Origin: Cyanobium sp. FGCU52
GTDB taxonomy: Bacteria; Cyanobacteriota; Cyanobacteriia; PCC-6307; Cyanobiaceae
Direction: 5' to 3'
Length of the DNA: 64,000 nt
Assembly (NCBI GenBank): GCA_024958715.1
Contig: JANWUS010000044.1
Span: 5,009-69,008 of the forward strand
Shown: positions 55,927-64,000 of the stretch, piece after piece
How the letters are laid out: each line of letters begins with the position of its first letter
Numbering within the stretch: position 1 is the first letter of the stretch
Position numbers and translations under genes: made by a program
The notes under the pieces: generated by a model
What the model saw: only the letters and a program-made list of their open reading frames with translations
Told to the model about the DNA's origin: nothing
The model's database searches: none

Positions 55927-55969
55927 GGCGGCACCCGATCCCGGAAGGTCCGCCGGAACGGGTGCCGCC
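55927..55969. other. Strong hairpin in the psbX-ycf66 spacer
   Basis: ggcggcacccg ... cgggtgccgcc perfect 11-bp outer stem with further inner pairing. Confidence 0.55.
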
Positions 55970-56056
55970 ACTCTAGGGAAAGCGCCGTTGGGAAACCTGC
56001 CCGGCCGCTGGTCATCGAGCCGGGGCCCGCCGATCAGGATCGGCGAGCGGCCCCGA

Positions 56057-56179
56057 TCAGATGCGGCGATCGACCCGATCGTTCTGGCTGATGAAGAAGA
56101 GCGCCACGGAGATGGGCACCACGACGATCACCCCGCCCCAGAAGAGGCTGCTGAGGAAGTTGGCGAGGGAAGGGGTCAT
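56057..56179 (-). CDS. psbX: Photosystem II protein PsbX (not in the ORF track)
   Basis: Manual translation gives [40 protein letters not shown]. Confidence 0.93.
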   Translation of the reverse strand: MTPSLANFLSSLFWGGVIVVVPISVALFFISQNDRVDRRI

Positions 56180-56264
56180 GGCAGGGAGCGCCGCGGCAAA
56201 GCGGCCACGATCCTAGGCAGTGAGCGCGGCTTCCTACGATCGCTGCACTGCCGCTTAGAGCTTT

Positions 56265-56570
56265 GTGACGGCCCTGCCCCTGGTTCACCTGGCCCTCGGC
56301 GTGCTGCTGGCGGCCTGGACGCTGCTGTTCCTGTTCCGGATCGTGCTCACCTGGTATCCGGCGATCGATCTCAGCAAGGGGCCGATGCGCCTGATCGGCG
56401 CCCCCACCGAGCCGCTGCTGGCGCTCACCCGCCGCCTGATCCCGCCGATCGGCGGGGTGGATGTGACGCCGGTGGTGTGGGTGGGCCTGCTCAGCCTGCT
56501 GCGGGAGCTGGTGGTGGGTCAGCAGGGCCTGCTCACCCAGCTCCTCCACCGCCAACCGCCCATCGCCTGA
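56265..56570 (+). CDS. YggT/YlmG family membrane protein
   Basis: RIVLTWYP, TEPLL..TRRLIPPIGGVDVTPVVW. Confidence 0.88.
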   Translation: MTALPLVHLALGVLLAAWTLLFLFRIVLTWYPAIDLSKGPMRLIGAPTEPLLALTRRLIPPIGGVDVTPVVWVGLLSLLRELVVGQQGLLTQLLHRQPPIA

Positions 56571-56572
56571 GA

Positions 56573-57931
<1,359 letters not shown>

Positions 57932-58132
57932 CCGAAGGAACGCGGGGCGGGCCGGCCAGGGCGGACTGTATCAGCGCTCACACGGTCGCCATCGGCGCTG
58001 ACACGGGTGTCTGCTGGCCTGGAGGGACGCCGATGGGTATAGTCCTCACCCGTGGGCGGCTCCGTCGTTCACCCCACCCGGACGTCCCGGGCACGGCACC
58101 TTCGGTGCCGCAGCCGTGGGCGCTCGATCCAT

Positions 58133-58214
58133 GCGGATGTGGTGGAATTGGTAGACACGCACGTTTGAGGGGCGTGTGGCTTCGGCCTTGCGAGTTCAAG
58201 TCTCGCCATCCGCA
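58133..58214 (+). tRNA. tRNA-Leu (GAG)
   Basis: GCGGATG/CATCCGC acceptor stem, TGGTGGAATTGGTAGAC D arm, CACGT-TTGAGGG-GCGTG anticodon arm, long variable arm, GTTCAAGTC T loop, discriminator A. Confidence 0.95.
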
Positions 58215-58257
58215 TTCACCTTTCTGGCCACCCCGGGCCACCAGCCCTCGCCACAAT

Positions 58258-59547
58258 TTGGTCTCCTCCACGCCGCCGACAGCGCCCGCAGTGGAGTCCC
58301 CTCCCGAGGCCGCCATCGTTCTGGTGAGCAACGGCCCCGGCGAACTCAGCACCTGGGTGCGGCCCCTGGCCGAGCGGCTGCATGCGGAGCTCTCCCTCCG
58401 GCCGCGCGATCCGCTCGCCCGCACCGCGCTGCAGCTGGTGCTGGTGCCCTGTCCCAACGCCACCGGTCAGGAGCATCGGGTGGCCCGCACCTGGGGGCTG
58501 TTCGACCGCGTCCTCCCCGCCCACCGCTTCTGGTGGATGCTGCTGCGGCCCCGTCGCCACGGCCCCTGGGCGCCCCGGGGGGTGGTGGTGTTCCTGGGGG
58601 GGGACCAGTTCTGGACCGTGCTGCTCTCGGCACGCCTGGGCTATCGCCACCTCACCTACGCGGAGTGGGTGGCTCGCTGGCCGCGCTGGAACGACCGCAT
58701 CGCCGCCATGGGCCCCACCGCCGCCGCCCGCCTGCCGGCTCGCTGGCGCTCCCGCTGCACGGTGGTGGGCGATCTGATGGCCGATCTCTCGGAGTCGGCG
58801 CGCCAGGCCGACCCCCTGCCCCCCGGGGAATGGGTGGCGCTGCTGCCCGGCTCCAAGCGGGCGAAACTGCAGGTGGGCGTGCCCTTCCTGCTCCGCGCCG
58901 CCGATCGCCTGGCCGCCCTGCGTCCTGGGGTTCGCTTCCTGCTGCCGGTGGCGCCCACCACCTCGGTGGCGGAGGTGATGGCCTACGCGGATTCCGCGAA
59001 CCCGATCGCCCGCAGCTTCGGGGCCACCCTGCCCGCGCGCGATGGCGATGAGCTGCGCACGGCCGCCGGCACCCGCATCCTGCTGCTGGAGTCCCATCCG
59101 GCCCACGGGGCCCTGAGCCAGTGCCGCCTCGCCCTCACCACCGTGGGAGCCAACACGGCCGAACTCGGCGCCCTGGGGCTGCCGATGATCGTGCTGGTGC
59201 CCACCCAGCATCTGCATGTGATGCAGGCCTGGGACGGCTGGCTGGGACTGCTGGCCCGCCTGCCGCTGCTGCGGCGGCTGCTCGGGGTGGCCCTCACCGC
59301 CTGGCGGATGCGCCACCGGGGTTTTCTGGCCTGGCCCAACATCTCCGCCGGGCGGGCGGTGGTGCCGGAGCGGGTGGGCGCGATCACGCCCGAAGCGATC
59401 GCCGAGGAGGCCGCCGACTGGCTGGAGCACCCGGAGCGCCTGGCGGGCATGCGCGACGACCTGCGCAGCCTGCGGGGGAGCCCGGGTGCCGTGGCCGCCC
59501 TGGCCACGATGGTGCGGGGTCTGCTGCCGCCCGCGGGCCCCGCCTAG
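58258..59547 (+). CDS. Lipid-A-disaccharide synthase (LpxB)-related glycosyltransferase
   Basis: [42 protein letters not shown] and AWPNI motifs of the cyanobacterial family. Confidence 0.75.
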   Translation: MVSSTPPTAPAVESPPEAAIVLVSNGPGELSTWVRPLAERLHAELSLRPRDPLARTALQLVLVPCPNATGQEHRVARTWGLFDRVLPAHRFWWMLLRPRRHGPWAPRGVVVFLGGDQFWTVLLSARLGYRHLTYAEWVARWPRWNDRIAAMGPTAAARLPARWRSRCTVVGDLMADLSESARQADPLPPGEWVALLPGSKRAKLQVGVPFLLRAADRLAALRPGVRFLLPVAPTTSVAEVMAYADSANPIARSFGATLPARDGDELRTAAGTRILLLESHPAHGALSQCRLALTTVGANTAELGALGLPMIVLVPTQHLHVMQAWDGWLGLLARLPLLRRLLGVALTAWRMRHRGFLAWPNISAGRAVVPERVGAITPEAIAEEAADWLEHPERLAGMRDDLRSLRGSPGAVAALATMVRGLLPPAGPA

Positions 59548-59572
59548 CCTGGGCCCCGGCTCACCTCCTCCG

Positions 59573-60019
59573 ATGTCCGACGCCCCCTCCTGCGCCTCCT
59601 TCCCCGATCCCAGCCTTGCCGCGGGCGGAGCCTCGCCGGTGCCCGATGAGAGCGAGTGGCGCCAGCGGCTCACCCCCGAGCAGTTCCGGGTGACCCGCCA
59701 GGGCGGCACGGAGCGGGCCTTCACCGGCGCCTACTGGAACCACAAGGGCGACGGGATGTACCACTGCATCTGCTGCGACGCCCCCCTGTTCGATTCGGCC
59801 ACCAAGTTCGATTCCGGCACCGGCTGGCCCAGCTTCTGGGACGGGGTGGCCAGCGGCGCCATCACCACTCTCCGCGACGAATCCCACGGCATGGTGCGCA
59901 CCGAGATCCGCTGCGCCCGCTGCGACGCCCATCTGGGCCACGTCTTCGGCGACGGTCCGGCTCCCACCGGGCAGCGCTACTGCGTGAACTCGGCGTCGCT
60001 GCGGTTCGAAGAGCGCTGA
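59573..60019 (+). CDS. msrB: Peptide-methionine (R)-S-oxide reductase
   Basis: [45 protein letters not shown]. Confidence 0.95.
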   Translation: MSDAPSCASFPDPSLAAGGASPVPDESEWRQRLTPEQFRVTRQGGTERAFTGAYWNHKGDGMYHCICCDAPLFDSATKFDSGTGWPSFWDGVASGAITTLRDESHGMVRTEIRCARCDAHLGHVFGDGPAPTGQRYCVNSASLRFEER

Positions 60020-60062
60020 GCCCGGAGCGCGGGGTTCTCCCCGGCTGGCCTCACCAGGGCCC

Positions 60063-61271
60063 TCACCAGGGATCGTCGATCACTTCCGGTTCGACGTCGA
60101 TCGGCTCGGGGCGCTCCTCCCGGCTGCGGGGGGGCGCCGCCGGCCGGCGTTGCGGCAGGGGGTCGCGCGAGCTGCGCGGCGGCTCGTCGTCGTAGGGAAG
60201 GGGGTCGGGTTCTGAGCGGCGCGACCCGGCTTCGGAGCGGCGCGGTTCCGGCTCGTAGCCCTGAGGCTCCCGTTCGTAGCCCAGGGCTTCCCGCTGCCCG
60301 TAGCGGCCACCGCCATAATCCCGGGGCTCGTCGGCATAACGCTCGTCGTCGCGCCCCAGGCGGTCGTCGCGCTCGAGCCGCACATCGCGCTCGTCGTAGG
60401 CGGAGGGGCGTGGCGCCGGCCGGGGTGGTTCGGAACCGTAGGGCTCGTCCCGCCCCCGATCGCTCTCCTCCTCCAGGTAACGGCGCTGGCGCAGCGGTTC
60501 CCGTTCGCGCCGCTCCTCCAGCTCCACGTACTCCAGCTCGCTGCGGGGCTCGAAGGCGCGGCTGGCCGCCGGCTGGATGCGGCGCTGTTCGGTGGCCGAG
60601 GGCTGACCTGCCGGCAACTGGTTTTCCGCGGGCACCACACCGCTGCGGAATCTCTCTCGCTCCTCCTGCTCCAGCCCGCCGCCGCCGATGCCCAGCTTCT
60701 CGAGCAGGCCGGTGCCGAGCTGCTTGAGCTTCTCCTCGGCCCCTTCGTACACGATGATCCGGTCGGTGCCGCTGCTCACGATCTCCCCCACCGGCAGCTC
60801 CCAGGTGCTGAGCACGCCTTCACCGAGGAGGGGCACGCCCAGGGCGCCGATCACCAGGGTGGTGAGCTCGCCGGTTTCGATGTCGAAGCTGAAGCCGAGC
60901 ACCCTGCCGAGCTGTTCGCCCGATTCGGTGACCACCTGGCAGTTGATCACCTTGCTGTAGCGGTCGGGGTTGAACCCCTCGGCGAGCGAATCGGCGGAAT
61001 CCACCAGAATCACATCGCCCACCTGGCGGATGCGCTCGAGCGGCATCCAGCGGGGCAGGCCCGGCAGGAAGCGGGTGAGCGGGTTGTCGCGCAGGCCCAG
61101 CGCCACCACCTCGCGGCGGTCGATGTCCACCACCACCTCGCCCACCACGCCCAGCCGGCGGCCGGTGTCCCTGGTGATGACCTGGGTGCCCATCAGCTCG
61201 GAGCGGAGCCAGAGGCGATCGCTGGCGGCCGGGGCGTTCGGATCCGTGGCGGGGGGAGTCGAGGAGGTCAA
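60063..61271 (-). CDS. PRC-barrel domain protein
   Basis: RLWLRSELMGTQVITRDTGRRLG, tandem PRC-barrel region, charged low-complexity tail; start uncertain (61271 or 61295). Confidence 0.8.
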   Translation of the reverse strand: MTSSTPPATDPNAPAASDRLWLRSELMGTQVITRDTGRRLGVVGEVVVDIDRREVVALGLRDNPLTRFLPGLPRWMPLERIRQVGDVILVDSADSLAEGFNPDRYSKVINCQVVTESGEQLGRVLGFSFDIETGELTTLVIGALGVPLLGEGVLSTWELPVGEIVSSGTDRIIVYEGAEEKLKQLGTGLLEKLGIGGGGLEQEERERFRSGVVPAENQLPAGQPSATEQRRIQPAASRAFEPRSELEYVELEERREREPLRQRRYLEEESDRGRDEPYGSEPPRPAPRPSAYDERDVRLERDDRLGRDDERYADEPRDYGGGRYGQREALGYEREPQGYEPEPRRSEAGSRRSEPDPLPYDDEPPRSSRDPLPQRRPAAPPRSREERPEPIDVEPEVIDDPW

Positions 61272-61333
61272 ATCCTGTTGCAGAACGAACGGCACGGTCG
61301 GCCGATCGGCCCATTGTGACCCACCTGGTGGGC

Positions 61334-64000
61334 TCAGGCCGCTGGCGGCAAACCGACCACCTGGGTGTGGGCGCCGCGGGCCTGGGTCACGCCGATGGTG
61401 CGGGTGGCGGCGGCGATCATCGGGCGCCGGTGGCTCACCACCATGAACTGGGCATCGCTCGATTGCGACGCGATCAGGCCCGCCAGCCGCTCCACGTTGA
61501 CGCCGTCGAGGAAGCTGTCCACCTCGTCGAGGGCATAGAAGGGAGAGGGGCGGAAGCGCTGGAGGGCGAACAGGAAGCTGAGGGCCGTCAGCGACTTCTC
61601 GCCCCCCGACATCGAGGCCAGGCGGCGCACGGCCTTGCCCCGGGGATGGGCCACCAGCGTCAGCCCTCCCTCGAGCGGATCCTCCGGGTTCTCCAGCTGC
61701 AGGTGCCCCTCGCCATCGGAGAGGTCGGCGAAGATCGTGCGGAAGTGGCCATCCACGGCCCGGAAGGCCTCCAGGAAGGCCTCCTGGCGCAGGGTGCCCA
61801 CGGTCTCGATGCGCAGCAGCAGCTCCTCCCGCTCCTTGCCGAGCACCTCCAGGCGTTCCTCCAGGCCCGCCAGCCGCTCCTCCAGCTGCTCCAGCTCCTC
61901 GAGGGCGAGCATGTTCACCGGCTCCAGCGCCTCCATGCGCTGCTGCAGCCGGCGCAGCTCCTCCTGCAGCGCCTCCAGGCCCGCCGCGCGCACCTCCTCG
62001 GGCACCTCGGGGCGGGGATCCGGCAGCTCCCGCTGCAGCTGCTCCCAGCGCAGGGTCTGGCTGCGGCGCTCCTCGCCCAGGGCCTGCCGTTCCTCCGCCA
62101 GCCGCTCCAGCTCCCAGCGGTGCTGCTGCAGCCCCTGGCGCAGGCGGGCCAGGGCCGCTTCGGCCGCGTCGCGCACCCGCCGGCGCTCGCCGAAGCGGTT
62201 CTGAAGTTCGGCCATCTGGCGGTCCAGCTCCGCCCGCCGTTCGGCGTCGACCCGCTGGAGCTCCTTCCACTGGTCCCTTTCCTGCACCAGGGCGGCCACC
62301 TCGGCGGCCAGCCGCTGCTCCTCCTCGGCCAGGGCGGCGAGCTGGCTGGTGATCCGTTCGTCGGCCAGGGCCCGCTCCCGCCGCTCCGCCAGCCGGGTGT
62401 CCCGCTGCAGCCGCGCCTCGCTCAGGCTGCGGTCGGCGGCCTCCAGTTCGGTCTGGAGCCCCTGCCAGCGGCTGGCATCGGCCCCGGCGCCGGCCTCCGC
62501 CTCACCGGCCTGCAGCTGTTGGAGTTCCTGCAGCAGCGGGCCGATCTCCTGCTCCAGGTTCGCCAGGCGCTCGCCATCGGTGCGGCGGCTCGCCTCCAGC
62601 TGGCGGCGTCGCTCCTGCCGCTGGGCCTGCCGCTGCCGGCTGGGCAGCAGGGCCCGCTGCGCCGCCTCCGCCCCGGCCTCCAGGGCGGCCAGGCGCTGGC
62701 GGCACTGCTCCAGAGCCGGCCGGGCCTGCTCCAGCTCCCGGGCCAGCTCGGCCTCCCGCCGCCGGCAGGCCAGCAGGCTTTCGCCCAGCTCCAGCAACCG
62801 GCGCCGCAGGGGCTCGGCCTCGTCGCCGTCGGCGCTGCGGCCGAAGCCGAGCTGGCCGGTGCGGGCCTGCAGGCTGCCGCCGGTCATGGCGCCGCTCTTC
62901 TCCAGCAGTTCCCCCTCGAGGGTCACGGCGCGGCAGCGGCCCAGTTCCCGCCGGGCGCTCGCCAGATCCCGGAACACCAGCGTGTCGCCGAAGACGTAGC
63001 GGAACACCTCCGCGTACACCGCCTCATGGCGGATCAGATCCACCGCCCGGCCCACCAGGCCCCCGCCTGAGGCGCCCGGACCCCCTCCGCGCTGGAGGGC
63101 CGCCCCCGAACCGCCGCTGCCGCCGCCGCGGATGCGGTTCAGGGGAAGGAAGGTGAGCCGGCCGGCGCGCCGGTTCTTGAGCAGCTCGATGGCGCGGGCG
63201 GCGATGCCGTCGTCCTCCACCACCACCTGGCCGAGCCGGGCGCCGGCGGCCACCTCCAGCGCCACCCGGTGCTGGTCGTCGACCTCGCCCAGCTGGGCCA
63301 CCGGGCCATGGATGCCCTCCATCCCCGACTCCAGCAGCACCCGCAGGGCGCCGGTGCCCCGGCTCTCCTGCAGCGTCTCGCGGCGGCTGTCGAGCCGGGC
63401 GATCTCCCGCTCCAGGCCCGCCTGCTCCTGCTCCAGCCGACTGCGGGTGCGCTGCTGCAGGCCCAGTTCCTCAGCCTGCCGGGCGATCCGCTCCTGGGCC
63501 CGCTCCCGTTCCTCCTCCAGAGCGCGGCGCTCGGCCTCCAGGGCGGCCAGCCGCGATTCGGCCTCCGCGTCGTCGCGCCCGTCGTCCCCCTGCTCCCTGG
63601 CCAGATCCTCCAGACGCTCCTCGGTCTGGCGCAGCCGTTCGCGCAGCTGCTGGCGTTCGGCCTCCAGCGGGCCCAGGCGCCCCTGGCGCTCCTGGCGTGC
63701 CTCGCTGCGCCGCCGCTGCTCCTCCAGCCAGCTGCTGGAGCGGCCCGCCACCTCCCCCAGCCGCCGGCGGGAGAGCTCCACGGCCGCCTCCGCCGCCCGG
63801 CAGCGCTCCTCGGCCTCCGCCAGAGCGGCATCGTCGGCGGCCGCCTCAAGTGCGCGCCGTTCCTCCTTCAGCCGCCGCTGGCGATCGGCCAGCTCCTGCC
63901 GGCGCGCCTGCAGCTCCTCGGCCTGCTGGCGATGCCGCTCCGCCTGGCGGGCCCGCTCCCGCTCGCCCGCCTCCAGGCCCGCCCGTTCGCCCTGCAGGGC
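61334..64000 (-). CDS. smc: Chromosome segregation protein SMC, 5' part beyond the window
   Basis: Hinge GIHGPVAQLG...GRLTFLPLN...GAMTGG, long coiled coil, MSGGEKSLTAL, FYALDEVDSFLD; frame open to 64000. Confidence 0.96.
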   Translation of the reverse strand, partial: ALQGERAGLEAGERERARQAERHRQQAEELQARRQELADRQRRLKEERRALEAAADDAALAEAEERCRAAEAAVELSRRRLGEVAGRSSSWLEEQRRRSEARQERQGRLGPLEAERQQLRERLRQTEERLEDLAREQGDDGRDDAEAESRLAALEAERRALEEERERAQERIARQAEELGLQQRTRSRLEQEQAGLEREIARLDSRRETLQESRGTGALRVLLESGMEGIHGPVAQLGEVDDQHRVALEVAAGARLGQVVVEDDGIAARAIELLKNRRAGRLTFLPLNRIRGGGSGGSGAALQRGGGPGASGGGLVGRAVDLIRHEAVYAEVFRYVFGDTLVFRDLASARRELGRCRAVTLEGELLEKSGAMTGGSLQARTGQLGFGRSADGDEAEPLRRRLLELGESLLACRRREAELARELEQARPALEQCRQRLAALEAGAEAAQRALLPSRQRQAQRQERRRQLEASRRTDGERLANLEQEIGPLLQELQQLQAGEAEAGAGADASRWQGLQTELEAADRSLSEARLQRDTRLAERRERALADERITSQLAALAEEEQRLAAEVAALVQERDQWKELQRVDAERRAELDRQMAELQNRFGERRRVRDAAEAALARLRQGLQQHRWELERLAEERQALGEERRSQTLRWEQLQRELPDPRPEVPEEVRAAGLEALQEELRRLQQRMEALEPVNMLALEELEQLEERLAGLEERLEVLGKEREELLLRIETVGTLRQEAFLEAFRAVDGHFRTIFADLSDGEGHLQLENPEDPLEGGLTLVAHPRGKAVRRLASMSGGEKSLTALSFLFALQRFRPSPFYALDEVDSFLDGVNVERLAGLIASQSSDAQFMVVSHRRPMIAAATRTIGVTQARGAHTQVVGLPPAA

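Noticed and set aside
58133-58260. tRNA-Leu as an integration site
   Set aside because: No duplicated tRNA 3' end or integrase is seen, and conserved genes flank it directly.
60049-60071. cctcaccaggg tandem duplication that repeats the PRC-barrel stop codon
   Set aside because: An 11-bp slippage duplication with no effect on the protein.

Overview
High-GC picocyanobacterial (Cyanobium/Synechococcus-like) chromosome segment, inferred from psbX, hli, ycf66, accC, smc and tRNA-Leu. It has three zones. (1) 1-~12.7 kb is an integron-type cassette array: six attC-like imperfect hairpins (6766-6854, 8750-8841, 9604-9687, 10399-10486, 11002-11096 and a decayed one at 11645-11737). In four consecutive cassettes the opening GTT core is the exact reverse complement of the closing AAC core. 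No intI is visible in the window. The most proximal attC lies 23 nt after a translationally coupled defence operon (hsdS - PtuA-like ATPase - PtuB-like HNH - zeta-like P-loop protein - 66-aa partner - hsdR), so this >6.8 kb operon may be one giant gene cassette. Later cassettes carry a frameshifted three-domain peptidoglycan hydrolase, a membrane protein, a DUF2513 protein, a cupin, an orphan and TspO. (2) ~12.8-39 kb holds accessory genes: DUF1254, SH3 protein, GMC oxidoreductase, amidase, a coupled run of Fe-S/cNMP membrane protein + split PEP-utiliser pair + cNMP protein + aspartyl-protease-like protein + methyltransferase fusion, arylsulfatase-mgtA, mtnA, and a pseudogenised membrane TIR/NDT-like + DUF4231 pair. 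(3) ~39-64 kb is mostly ordinary conserved cyanobacterial backbone. All family calls come from recalled motifs in the translations; no database search or folding program was run.
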